Shown here in pieces: positions 11,827 to 22,755 of a DNA stretch of 36,205 bases; position 1 is the stretch's first letter, and each line of letters begins with the position of its first letter. The DNA is from a virus, in IMG/VR virus record IMGVR_UViG_3300021256_000065; one strand, 5' to 3'. A model generated the notes under the pieces. The model searched no databases. It was not told where the DNA came from and was given only the letters and a program-made list of their open reading frames with translations. A program made the translations under genes and the position numbers.

Positions 11827-11868
11827 TTGGATTTCCTCCTTATATTTTTATACAAAATCTTATTATTT

Positions 11869-12618
11869 TTATTGTTTTGAATCATCTTCATAGATGTCTT
11901 TTAACCAGTCCTCAGGATCCTACATACCAGTTGCCCCAGCAACTTTAAATCGTTCCCAAGTATCATAATGCAATTTTAATTCAAACCGATTAAATTCATC
12001 CATCAATTGATAAACAGTATAATTCATTAAATCATTTATATTTTTTTGCTATCCAACAGCAAGAATAGATATATATCGACTTAAAATAGAGATTTTTGTT
12101 TTTGGCGCCAGCTTCGCCCTTTTTTCTTGACCTCTTTTAAGTTTATTTGCAATTTTTTGTGATAAACTTCCACTTGGATTATACTATTTATTCTTTTCAT
12201 TCCTTAGGCAAAATATATCAATTAAAATCTATTTAAAATGATCAAAATTTTTTTCATCAATTCTAGATACATCATTAGTCTATGGATTTCGTAATTGTAT
12301 TGTCTAAGGTTCCAACCTAATTTCATAGGTTGGAAACAACAAAGCGAGAATAGATAAAACATTTAATCTAGCCTATTGAGATTCTAAATTTTTTTCTCGT
12401 ATCATTGTCATTATTATATTAAAATTTGACAAGTTCGATAAATCAATTTTGTCCTAAGTGGAAAAGACATCTTTATTAAAATTTAGTAATTCGCATCCAG
12501 GCCAAAACCGTGACTATGTAATATAAGCAATTTCTTTTAATCGCGGCTGATGAATTGTAATTCTAGCTTCTGGAAATGGAATATCATTTCCCGATAATAA
12601 AAGTAATTCATCAATCAT
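11869..12618 (-). CDS. hypothetical 249-aa protein with 10 in-frame TAG codons that contains a 10-bp perfect hairpin
   Basis: The ATG at 12616-12618 overlaps the TGA of the upstream ORF (an ATGA junction). The frame has no TAA or TGA until the TAA at 11869-11871. The six-frame ORF track shows only fragments here. Confidence 0.4.
12310..12335. other. 10-bp perfect hairpin (TTCCAACCTA-atttca-TAGGTTGGAA) inside the coding sequence
   Basis: Read directly. It lies in gene 11869..12618. Confidence 0.5.
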
Positions 12619-12959
12619 TTTTTATTAATCCATCCATCATAATTAGGCATTTTATCATGCTAACTTGGTAATACATCATCCGTCCCATGAACAGCAGAAT
12701 AAGTTAACGTATAACCAGAAAGAGTTTCATCAAGTACGAGCTAATTACAACCTGTAAATTGGAAAGTTCCAAGCCCAGATAACCGCGCATTATTAAGAAT
12801 CCCATCAATATATCCACAAATTTTTAATGGCCTAACTCTAAAATTACCAAGATCCCAACAATCAGTGTGACATAATACATCAATATAAACATTGCAATCT
12901 CTAAATTGTGGATTTGTTATAGTTGGTTTAAAATTATCAAAAGAAAAAATTAAATAACT
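12615..12959 (-). CDS. ORF encoding '...CHTDCWDLGNFRVRPLKICGYIDGILNNARLSG...WINKK' that has no canonical start codon
   Basis: The open frame is -1 relative to the upstream gene and ends in an ATGA overlap with the downstream gene start, which suggests translational coupling. It contains 2 TAG codons and no ATG, GTG or TTG before residue 100. Confidence 0.3.
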
Positions 12960-13238
12960 TTTAACTTCCTAATGCTAAGACATCATAATTTTTGGTTCAA
13001 ATTTTATATATCCTAGCTATCTTAATTTAGCCAAACTCATATCTTTAATCGCATTTTGATAAATAACACTGTTTGTATCTAAACAATCTTTTGTATTAAT
13101 AACTAGTAATTTTTTTAATTCATTACTATAAGGTTGACTTTCTATAAACAATTTTCGTAAAATTGTTTCTAAATCTTTTTCACATGATAAAAAAGATGAA
13201 GTAAAATCAACTGGTCTTAAAATTAAATCTCTTTTCAT
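12950..13238 (-). CDS. hypothetical protein with 3 in-frame TAG codons
   Basis: Track ORF 13017..13238 ends on a TAG. The frame continues for another 21 codons to a TAA at 12950-12952. Confidence 0.4.
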
Positions 13239-13263
13239 ATGTTTTATCTACTCCTTTTATCTC

Positions 13264-14247
13264 TTAAAGGGCAGTAATTGTTACATCTAATGTAATATCT
13301 TCTTGGCCCTCAACTCTATATATTAAAGTAAATACTCCCAATTCACCAATAGAAACATTCAATGGAATAATTTTTAAAGAGCTATTTAGTGAATCTTCTT
13401 TATCTTTCCATCTTATATACCAATGACCATTTTCAGCATTATGAATTTCATAATATGCCTTGCTGTATTGCTGAACTGCAGTTGGTCCATCAATATATGC
13501 GGCGGTCTAGTCAATAGGATTTTCTTGTCCAGACTCATCGTGCTCAGCAGCGACCGCATCCGCAATAGAATTTTCAAAAAATTCATCTAAGAATACTTGA
13601 ATAATACCATCTCCATAATAGGGATCTACACCAACTACTTGCCAAGTTTTTTCTGTATTATATCTTGGATCTAAAACTTTTATAGTTTTAAATCTTTCAA
13701 AATAATTATTTGTAGTTTCATCTGCAGCAATATACATTACTAATGAATAATTCAATGTATTCCATTCAATACCCGCTTTTTGAGTCCATTCAATAGAAGT
13801 CTCAACAGGTCCTCGAATATAAACCCAATATAAATTATCCCCAACTTTAACCTATTGATCACATCTTCTAATCTCAGATCTAAAATAAGCATCTTCTTCA
13901 AGATACTCTAAATACACAAGCCAATGTGTATCAGTTTCTTTCCATGTAAAAACATCTCCAGGTTTAATATCAATATCAATCTCCCCCTAAGACGTTTTTC
14001 CCATTCTTGGAGTATTTAAACAAATGTCTTTATATGGGATGGAAAGAATTTTATTATCATAAGCTGGTTTATTTTTATCTGGATTAATTAAACACCTAAA
14101 TTCTTTTCCATCTGATAATATCGCTGTGGCAGCTTGATAAGAATATAATAAAGCTTTTTTTAGACTTTTTAATTTATCATTAATAAATCTTTGCTCTTGA
14201 TTGCCACCTTGATATTTTAACCTTTTATTTAATAATTCTAAGGACAT
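13264..14247 (-). CDS. hypothetical structural protein, 327 aa, with 3 in-frame TAG codons
   Basis: Joins track ORFs 13987..14247 and 13507..13755 with the segments between them. TAGs occur at 13987, 13852 and 13507. RBS 'GGAGAttaataaa'. The stop is TAA at 13264. Confidence 0.55.
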
Positions 14248-14274
14248 TTTATTAATCTCCTTTAAAGAATTTTA

Positions 14275-14610
14275 TTATATTCTATCTCCATTTGATAATA
14301 TACTTTTTTGCAACTCATTCATTAATCCTAAACATTCAAAAATCGTTCTACGATAACAAAGAAAATCATCATCATCTATTAATGAATAAAGTCCTTCTAA
14401 TTTATTTAATAAGGGAAAGAAGATTTCTGAATAGCCGCAATTCATTAATCTTTGCATTCCCGCTAATTCTTCTAATATTGTTTGTAATGGTTTTTTCCAA
14501 TCAGCGCCCTATTCTCTACTAGGTAAAAGTTTATAAATTTGATTAATAAGATTTTGTAATCTATCATGAATTGTTAAATTATCCATAACAATATTATATT
14601 TTAATATCAT
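14275..14610 (-). CDS. hypothetical protein with one in-frame TAG at 14509-14511
   Basis: Extends track ORF 14275..14457 upstream through the TAG to the ATG at 14608-14610. Ends on TAA. Confidence 0.45.
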
Positions 14611-14615
14611 AATAA

Positions 14616-15209
14616 TTATCCCCCTGCCTTTTCATTGATAATTCTTTTATCAATTAAATCATCAACCGTGTAATTAACAGGAGTTCTAAGCAATCCAAGA
14701 GTAGATTTCATAATACCATTTTTATTAGGAGCCCTTCTTTTATATAAACGCTGAAGATGAAATCCTTCTCTTTCATAATCTTTCTTTAATTGAAGAAGCT
14801 TTTGCATATGATTAGCTTGAGAAGTAAATTTGAAATCAGGCCCGCTATATTTCATTCGTGTATTTTCTACACTAGCAAGCTGTTGACTTAACCATTCTAC
14901 AATCATATAAACAGCAAGAATATTTATTTCTTCATGAGTTAATGAATTATTAAAATATCCTTCATTATAAATAATTGCAGGCACTTCCTCATTATCACTT
15001 TCTATTCCTTGATAAGTTGATTCTTCTGTAACTTCAAGTAATTCATAATCCCATAAATTAATACGAGGAAATTCAAATTTTTCAATAGCAGAAAGTAAAA
15101 GCTGTTCTAACATTTTAAATGTATCTAATTCTGTTAATTCTAAATACATATCATCTGTAATTTTTGAAAGAAAGGAGTCATATACAAGTGAAAAAGCAGT
15201 TGTATTCAT
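14616..15209 (-). CDS. hypothetical head-proximal protein, possibly a connector or head-completion protein
   Basis: 197-aa ORF with RBS 'GGAGGtatatga', no TAG and a TAA stop. The function is a guess from gene position. Confidence 0.5.
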   Translation of the reverse strand: MNTTAFSLVYDSFLSKITDDMYLELTELDTFKMLEQLLLSAIEKFEFPRINLWDYELLEVTEESTYQGIESDNEEVPAIIYNEGYFNNSLTHEEINILAVYMIVEWLSQQLASVENTRMKYSGPDFKFTSQANHMQKLLQLKKDYEREGFHLQRLYKRRAPNKNGIMKSTLGLLRTPVNYTVDDLIDKRIINEKAGG

Positions 15210-15230
15210 TCATATACCTCCTATTAAAAA

Positions 15231-15818
15231 TTATTCTTTAGCAACTGGCTTATACCTACGTCCAGATGGCGCGGCGGCTGTATTATCAGATTTTATCGGA
15301 TTAGTTCTCCTCTTAGTAGTAGTTTGAGCATTCTCATTACTATCATTTTCTGTTTCACTATCATACTTTGTATTTTGAATTTCAATAGCTCTAGTAACAT
15401 CAAATCCTAATTTATCTTTAATAGCTTGACGCTTATTCATATCATTAAGCGGCATTTTAATTGATAAATCTTTAATCATATCTTTAATTACATCGGGAGC
15501 AAAATCTAAACAATCTAAAAATTGATCTAATGTACCAACTGTTAATAATTTTTTTACATCATCCTCTGAATAATGATATTCAGGCTCAGAATTTTGATTA
15601 AATAACGCAGCAACCACATTTTCATCAACAATTTCAAGATATTCTTTTAAAATTACATCTCCACCAGGGATGAAAGATAATTTTTCTAATTCATCAAATG
15701 AAATATCTTTACTTTCATGAGGATAAAAATTTCTATGAACTCCCAATTCAGGAACGTCATAACCAACAACGCCATTAAATTTATTAACGACTTTTACCAT
15801 TTCATTTTTGTCAATCAT
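15231..15818 (-). CDS. hypothetical structural protein
   Basis: 195-aa ORF with RBS 'AAGGAGttttaat', no TAG and a TAA stop. Confidence 0.5.
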   Translation of the reverse strand: MIDKNEMVKVVNKFNGVVGYDVPELGVHRNFYPHESKDISFDELEKLSFIPGGDVILKEYLEIVDENVVAALFNQNSEPEYHYSEDDVKKLLTVGTLDQFLDCLDFAPDVIKDMIKDLSIKMPLNDMNKRQAIKDKLGFDVTRAIEIQNTKYDSETENDSNENAQTTTKRRTNPIKSDNTAAAPSGRRYKPVAKE

Positions 15819-15897
15819 ATTAAAACTCCTTTTATCTCTTTATAAAAAAATAGGGGAGAAGAATTAAAATAATTATTCTCCCCTATTAAATAATATA

Positions 15898-16962
15898 TTA
15901 TTTTGTTCCAATATAGTTCTTAAGTGCGGTGTTGCGATAAATGCAGATTCCAGGATTAACCATATAAGTAGCCACACCAAGCTTCTGATAAGTCTGAATC
16001 TCAGTAGACCAGTCACGATTATCAAAGGACTTCACTTGAGCAGCGCCCTCAAATGCAACCTTCACAGGCTTTTCAGCACCAGTAGGAATAATATAAGCAA
16101 GAGAAGGGTCAATAACCTTATCTGCATATGTTGCAGTTTTACCGATATTATCTTCAAAAGACTGAGGAAGAATAATTACACGATGGCCCTTATAAACTGC
16201 AAAGTATCCATTATTCCAAATTTCCTCTTTCATCCCATCCGACCAAGTATCAGCACTTGCAGGAAGCATTTTAGCAGCAAATTCAAATGTGCAATAAATT
16301 GTGCTCTTTCCGCCGTAGCTGTCAGCAATCTGAAGTAACTTATCCATTTCAGCTTCGCTAAAGGATCCCTGTACAGACTTCTGAAGAGTAGGAACATTAT
16401 TAACTAAAGCTTCAAGAGCCTTAGCAATTTCTTTATAAACTGCTTCATCCATTCCTTCAAGCACAAGACTATAATAATCATTCATAGTCATGCGGCCATC
16501 AAGCAGTTCTTCCCACTCAATACGAGCAGCGCCGCCATAAGCAGCAGTAGGAACTTCGAGTGAATATCCGTCTAACTTGAAGACTTCGTATCTACCAGCT
16601 AAACCGACTCTAGTAACGAACTGTTTAGCACGTTTCTTGGAAGCTTCACTAATTCTTACCTTATAAACAGGCTTTACTCCCTGAGCAAAGGTACGAACAT
16701 CAGCAAACTGACCGTATGCTTGAAGCACCTTCTGAGGAAGAACCTCGGTAAGACCGACTTCCATTAATGTATAAATAAGATTTTTATTTTCTCTAAAATC
16801 TTGAGGAGTAGAACCAAGTTCATTTAACTCCTTAATAAATGTTTTATTCAGAGCTTCCGCTGAAAGCTTCTCTCCGCCGAAAGAATAAGCGACAGAAGGA
16901 TTTAATGAAGCCTTAGCATTGGCTCTAGCTAATTCAATAAGCTGATCTCTTGTTAATGCCAT
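15898..16962 (-). CDS. major capsid protein (putative)
   Basis: The real ATG is at 16960-16962, after 'ATAAGGAGGAAAAAGACA'. The track ORF started at an upstream GTG. The 354-aa protein sits after the scaffold gene and has no TAG. Confidence 0.55.
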   Translation of the reverse strand: MALTRDQLIELARANAKASLNPSVAYSFGGEKLSAEALNKTFIKELNELGSTPQDFRENKNLIYTLMEVGLTEVLPQKVLQAYGQFADVRTFAQGVKPVYKVRISEASKKRAKQFVTRVGLAGRYEVFKLDGYSLEVPTAAYGGAARIEWEELLDGRMTMNDYYSLVLEGMDEAVYKEIAKALEALVNNVPTLQKSVQGSFSEAEMDKLLQIADSYGGKSTIYCTFEFAAKMLPASADTWSDGMKEEIWNNGYFAVYKGHRVIILPQSFEDNIGKTATYADKVIDPSLAYIIPTGAEKPVKVAFEGAAQVKSFDNRDWSTEIQTYQKLGVATYMVNPGICIYRNTALKNYIGTK

Positions 16963-16979
16963 TGTCTTTTTCCTCCTTA

Positions 16980-17558
16980 TCACTGAACTCTCTGAATCTT
17001 AACGCCCTGTTGACCATCAGGCATTGTATAAATTTTTACAACCTTCCAAGCCATTCCAGTCACCCCAGAAAGACTAGAAGCTGCACTACCACCAGACTTA
17101 ATTACCTCTAAGAATCCTGTGGTCCCAGGTGTTAAATAATTACCCTCAGCAATTGCAACGCCAGTAGTTTCTACAGTATCAGAAGTATTAGCTTCAAAAG
17201 TATTAGTTGTAAAAATATCACCAATATTTGTCTTAATTAAACGCGGATACATCTTACCATCTGTAAAATCATCCACTTTATATACAAAATCTTTATGACT
17301 TTGTTTCCTTTCATCATAAAGTTTCTCTTCATTATAAACAAGCATAAATTCGCCATCACCAGTAAAATTTACTTCACCAGCCGCATAATCATATTTAGCA
17401 AATTGACCCTGTTCAAGTTGGGTAATTGCATTGCTTGGTTGACCACTTGCAGCCGTATTCCCTTTTGCAGGTAACTGAGCGTAAATCTGACCAGTGACAA
17501 TACCAGAAAGGTGATTAGGCTCAACTTGTCCATAACCTTTTCTCTTAATTGTTGCCAT
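16980..17558 (-). CDS. hypothetical head protein between the scaffold and capsid genes, possibly a decoration protein
   Basis: 'ATTAGGAGGatgctgaaaATG' points to the second ATG, at 17558, as the real start. No TAG. Confidence 0.45.
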   Translation of the reverse strand: MATIKRKGYGQVEPNHLSGIVTGQIYAQLPAKGNTAASGQPSNAITQLEQGQFAKYDYAAGEVNFTGDGEFMLVYNEEKLYDERKQSHKDFVYKVDDFTDGKMYPRLIKTNIGDIFTTNTFEANTSDTVETTGVAIAEGNYLTPGTTGFLEVIKSGGSAASSLSGVTGMAWKVVKIYTMPDGQQGVKIQRVQ

Positions 17559-17586
17559 TTTCAGCATCCTCCTAATAATTAAAAAA

Positions 17587-18918
17587 TTAATTAAGTCTTT
17601 CTTGTTCTTTAACAGCTTTCACCCAATCTGGCAGGCTGTTGTTCTCATCACCTAAATTATAGGTTATAATATCTTCTTCGTTTTTCTTTTCATCAGTCTT
17701 TTTTTCTAAAGAAAAACTAATTTTTTTATCAAAGCAAATTACAGAAAGTTTTGCTTTAATTTCATCTAAAGTATACTTCTCTTTATTACTAATAACATCT
17801 GCTTTATCTTCATCGGAAAGCATATAAAATTCAGCAATAAGAGCATCCTTCTTCTGATTATCAATTTCTTTCTTGAAATTTACAAGTTCTTGATATTGAC
17901 TCTGAAGCGTACTATAACTTTCTTTTAAAGTATTAAGCTCTTCTTCGAGTAACTCATACTTTTTAGCACTATTCTTATCATCATCATCCTTGTCATCATC
18001 AGGATCATCATCAGGATCATTTTCACCCTCATCATCCGCGGGCTTATCATCCTTTTCATTATCCTTTTTAACGTAATCAGTAGGAGCAGAAGTATCCTCT
18101 ATGTTATTATTAACCTCTGGAGTTGTTTCAGCATTCACTTCTTCCGCCTGAGTAAACTCAGTAACAGGTTCAATATTTTCATCTTCAACAACCACAGTGT
18201 CTTTAAGATTCTCCATCTGTTGTCCTCCTCCGTTCAAGGCATTCTTTAAATCTTGCATCATACTATAAAGTGTGTGCTTAAAATTATCATCTAATGTAAA
18301 TCTTGCACTTACATTTGGAGCCGTTACAGAAGCGCCTTCGAAGCAAGGCTCAACATCGTCTCCTAATATGCAAATTTTTTGAATAATTGCATCATTTATA
18401 ATAAAGAAATCCATTCCATTGTCATAACTAGTTTCCCAATGTCCCTTAACAGATTTCTTTTGAAGTTCCATTGATTGCGGACGCCCCTCTTCCACAGGTA
18501 AGCTGGATTCTGGGAATTGATCGGTCCAAAGGTATCCAGTAGTCATAAGATATTTATGAACAATAGTGTTACCCATGCCATCATTATCTTCAAAATTTTG
18601 GAACCAAACTTTTGCGTCTGGTGCTACAAATCCATAAGGAACAGTTTGACATTCGAATTTAATTCCTTCATCATCAATAATAACTTTTTCTCCATGATCT
18701 GTAAAATCTTCTTTACTTTCTCTATAATAACCAACAATAGGAGCGCCGCGAAGAGTTTTACCAATTTCAGCTGCAACTTCTTCTGTAATGAAAGTATGGT
18801 TTCTATTAGCTCCTACATAAAGAACCTTAATCTCACATTTTGACATTAAGGGATTAATATCAAGAGGTTGAAGATTTAAAAATTCAGGAGAGTCTATAGT
18901 CGCAACTGATTGATGCAT
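17587..18918 (-). CDS. scaffolding / prohead assembly protein with an acidic linker and a C-terminal coiled coil
   Basis: 443 aa with an acidic tract 'DDEGENDPDDDPDDDKDDDDK' followed by heptad-rich 'LEEELNTLKESYSTLQSQYQELVNFKKEI'. RBS 'AAGGAGAattttatt'. No TAG. Confidence 0.5.
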   Translation of the reverse strand: MHQSVATIDSPEFLNLQPLDINPLMSKCEIKVLYVGANRNHTFITEEVAAEIGKTLRGAPIVGYYRESKEDFTDHGEKVIIDDEGIKFECQTVPYGFVAPDAKVWFQNFEDNDGMGNTIVHKYLMTTGYLWTDQFPESSLPVEEGRPQSMELQKKSVKGHWETSYDNGMDFFIINDAIIQKICILGDDVEPCFEGASVTAPNVSARFTLDDNFKHTLYSMMQDLKNALNGGGQQMENLKDTVVVEDENIEPVTEFTQAEEVNAETTPEVNNNIEDTSAPTDYVKKDNEKDDKPADDEGENDPDDDPDDDKDDDDKNSAKKYELLEEELNTLKESYSTLQSQYQELVNFKKEIDNQKKDALIAEFYMLSDEDKADVISNKEKYTLDEIKAKLSVICFDKKISFSLEKKTDEKKNEEDIITYNLGDENNSLPDWVKAVKEQERLN

Positions 18919-18999
18919 AATAAAATTCTCCTTTCATTCCCTCATATTTATATTAAAAATTTAGGCATTTTCTTTAACGGCTTTTGTCCAAAAAATTTT

Positions 19000-20580
19000 T
19001 TAGCTCATTGATTCTTTATTTTGTAAAGTTTTTGTTGATTTTTCATCATCAGCTTTTTCCGGCCTGCCCGCGCCATCTCCACTTTCTGAACCACCCTACT
19101 TGCGATTAAGAACTTCCGCATTCATAGTGCTAGACATTAATGGAGGAATAAATACATTAACCAAATCAAGAATATCATTTTCAAAATAAGCAGTAGCCAA
19201 TACTGCACTTTGTGCTTGACCCAATGCTATTTGCGGCAACATTTTAGAATAACCTAATTGAGTATGTTCCTTATATTGTTTAGCTAAATCTTTATAATTA
19301 TAGATTGTAGTAGGAAGAATTTGTGCTCTATAAGTAACCTTTTTTGGACTTCGATTATAAGGTATTAATAGAGTATTTAAAAATGTTTCAAACTGTTGAA
19401 TCAAATTCCACATTGAAGCTTCATCATTTAAGATAGATTTTTCAAGAGCAATGTTACCATCTGTGTTAAATTGCATTTGTGAAACACCTGCTTCATTATA
19501 AACAGTTCGTTCCACTTTTTCCAAATCATCTGTAGTAGTTGATGTCTTATTATCAGCCATGTCTGCGACTTCAACATCCGCAAAAGTAGTTAAAACATCA
19601 ATTCCAATAGCCTTAGATAGCATTTGAACCGCATTGTTATGAAGTTGTTGCGCTTCATCTACATCAAATACTAAATCACCATTTTTATCAATAGGCATTT
19701 TCTGAATGATAATTTTTAACAATTGTTGTTGCATTTTGCGGCGGTCGAGGTCCTGTGCCGCATCCAAATCAATAATTGCAGGAATCACCGCAATAAAAGG
19801 AGGAAAATCCTCCCCATTTAAATTGAATTTAATAACAGAACCAATTTCAAGTAAATACCACCCAGATTCATCTCCAGGAAAATCAGGCTTTAATTTTCCT
19901 TGTCTATACAGTTTATATCCTTTTTCAAATTCTGGTGGAAATACTTTTAACATTCTTGCAAGTTGTTCTGCATTAGCAAACATATCATTAAAATATTTCA
20001 TATTAAATTCAACCGCAGGATGACCATTTACCATAAAACGCGATCTACAATATTTTGGTGGCAATTCTTGTACAATAACAGTTCCATTTTGTGCAATTAA
20101 ATAACCATAATAACAGCCATTTTTCATTACTTTTAATGCAACTTCTCCAAAAAATTTCTTCGCTTCAAAATTATCCAAATATGCTAAAACTTTATTAAAG
20201 CCCTCAAGAAGTTTTTCAGGTTTTATTGCTTCAGTATAGTAGGGTGTAACAAGCCAATCATATCTATACATATATGCCATATAACGACACAATCTTTGAT
20301 AAATACCGCTAATCTTATAAAAATAATTAGAAATATCTCTCATTTTATCAAGGTCGTTATAATAAATTGCTCTTAAAACCTGTTCTTTATCTGCTAATTG
20401 TGGATTTACTTTACGAAGGTCACCTAATTTAAGAATCGCATCAGATATTGACTTTACTCCAACTTTAATTTTTGCAAAGTCAATAGGCACATAACCAGTA
20501 GCCTAATTAGGAATTTGGTAATCTTCAGTTCCAATCATGTTAAAGCCTTTTTTCTTTATCTAAGCCATTCGATTAATCAA
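19000..20580 (-). CDS. portal protein (putative) with 1-3 in-frame TAG codons
   Basis: Track ORF 19096..20490 ends on a TAG and continues for 31 codons to a TAA at 19000. The frame is also open upstream of the GTG at 20490. The likely start is a TTG at 20578-20580, 9 nt after 'AAGGAGAGG'. The gene lies directly downstream of terL. Confidence 0.5.
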
Positions 20581-20600
20581 CTTTAGATACCTCTCCTTCT

Positions 20601-20957
20601 TTAATATCCAGCCGCCTCTAATATATAGTCATAATTTATTCTTGCTTCATCCCAATAGGGAATGATTACTAAATTGATTCCATGATCTCGACAATATTCT
20701 CTTTTTTTCATATCATTATATTGTTGTTTTCTTAAACCATTATATCCACCAAATTTTTCTTTAGCTTCATAATGTTGAATGCCTTGAAATTCAATAAGAA
20801 AATCAATATTATGCTAATCATCAAAAACCGCAAAATCAAATCTTAGCGGGCGGCCTGTATTACTTACTAAATCTGGAAAAGAGTATTCTTCTGCGAACTC
20901 TAATCCAGACTCTTGTAGAATTTCTTCTATTTTAATTTCTCCTCTAGATGCTCGCAT
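20601..20957 (-). CDS. small PD-(D/E)xK-type endonuclease (DUF559/Vsr-like fold) with one in-frame TAG
   Basis: Protein 'MRASRGEIKIEEILQESGLEFAEEYSF...GRPLRFDFAVFDD*HNIDFLIEFQGIQHYEAKEKF...' shows the pattern 'D...(I/L)EFxG..H' typical of DUF559 and Vsr nucleases. RBS 'GGAGAaaaaat'. TAA stop. Confidence 0.4.
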
Positions 20958-21018
20958 ATTTTTTCTCCTTCACTATATTATATAAAAATTTTATCTATAA
21001 AATTAATAAACTTTGACC

Positions 21019-22755
21019 TTAAGCTGGAGTAAAAAATAAAAAGTCAGAAATATTACGTTTTTTCTTCTTTTTATTTAATTCCTATTCATAACGAATATAA
21101 TATAATCCATATATAAAAGCAGAAAATTTATCTTTCTTAATACTTCTATTGCTCTGTTTCAGAATGATATTAACTCCCTAATTTTCTTCTACAAGATTTA
21201 ACATTTGTTCTTTCAAAATTGAAGTTAATATAAAAGGCCGTAAATAATCATTTCTTTCATCAATATTCATATTTTGACCTTGTTTAGTTGACATTAATTT
21301 AGTTTTTGCCAACCCTTCATCAATTAAAAATCTAATCTTCCCACTAAACATCTGAGTTTGTGCATAACTATATGCCTATGTATTTATAGGTGCATTGGCT
21401 TTAATTAAGAATAAAATATCTCGTTCTGTCTCAGGAGTAACAAATTTTTTATATTCTGGATATTCATCTGTATTATAAACACCAAAAGGAGGTAAATATT
21501 CACCATCATCTGTATCTTGCGCTTTAACTAAATAATCAATAAGCCCAACTCCTAGACCATTAGCGTCGACTGCAATTCTACGCGGCCTATATTTATAATA
21601 CAAATGTTTTATATGAATACATTGAGTTTCAAAGTGTTCTGCATCATAAGTATAAATATTTACAAGAGTCTTATGAGCTGCCCCTTGAACTTGCGGAGTG
21701 ACCTTAAAAACACAAATCTCTGTAGTACATCCAACACGTCCAACGTCTATACCAAATACATAATAAGCATTTTTTGAAGACCGTCCGCTATATTCATACT
21801 ATGGTTGTAATAATACTCTATATTTATCAAATTTTTCAGAAGAAAAGAATGCGTTTTCTACATCACCAGACCAGATACTACGATATTCTCTATTGAATGA
21901 CTCATCATTAAAAGTACCTTGTAATCTTAATTGCTATACAAAATCTTCATCCAATAGACCAGAAATCACAGGTGTTTCATAAGTTCCGCCCATAATCATA
22001 TATTCTTCTGGATCAATGATAGAATTAATTAAAATTTCAATTAATTTGTGATAAGCAAAACTATTTTTCCATCCCGCTGTGGTTATATAAATTTGTGATT
22101 TATTAACATTCTCCTCTTTGTGGCGGCTACCATCTGAAAGTCTTCTATCAACGTTTGTAGTAGGAATAATAACTTCATTTAGAATATCACCATCAATTAA
22201 TACGCACTCTTCCATTAATCCACCAGTACGACGTTGACCTCTAGATGACTGCCTCGCCGCTAAGATATCAATAGTAGAGCCATTCTTAAATACATATTTA
22301 ACGTTATCTTTTGATTTAGTAGATACACCGCGATCCCAGTTAATTTCATTATTTAACCCAGGTATGAGTTTACATATTTCCTAAATTTTAGCAATAGTAA
22401 TAGAAGCAGCTTGCTCCTTTCCGCCTGTAGTCACAAATAAATGCGAATTAGGATATAAGATGCATCTAATCATTAATGCCATCATTGATAAAAAAGATTT
22501 AGAATATGCGCGCGGGAATGTCGCATACACATACCGATGCCGCATCACAATTCTAAGAAAAATTCTTTGATAAAATAAAAAATTAAATGTGCTATCTTTT
22601 CCTTTTATAAAATCCACAAAAATATCAGGATATTCCCTAAAATAAGCAATTAAATCTCTTAATCCATCTATGTCTTTCAATAGCCGCTATTCTGATAAAC
22701 CTTGTTTTTTATACTATCTGTCGGAGGATAACTGAAGTAATTCTTTTAAATTCAT
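21019..22755 (-). CDS. terL: terminase large subunit TerL with at least 7 in-frame TAG codons
   Basis: The ATG at 22755 follows 'AGGAGGcttaaacacga' and overlaps the upstream TGA (ATGA). The frame joins track ORFs 22381..22680, 21934..22215 and 21376..21603. Features include a Walker-A-like 'ATFPRAYSKS' and nuclease motifs 'FGIDVGRVG' and 'IAVDANGLGVG'. The stop is TAA at 21019. Confidence 0.75.

Noticed and set aside
16036-20023. + strand ORFs inside the capsid, scaffold and portal genes (16036..16338, 18517..18843, 19706..20023)
   Set aside because: They lie antisense to strongly supported structural genes, have low-complexity translations and have no translation signals.
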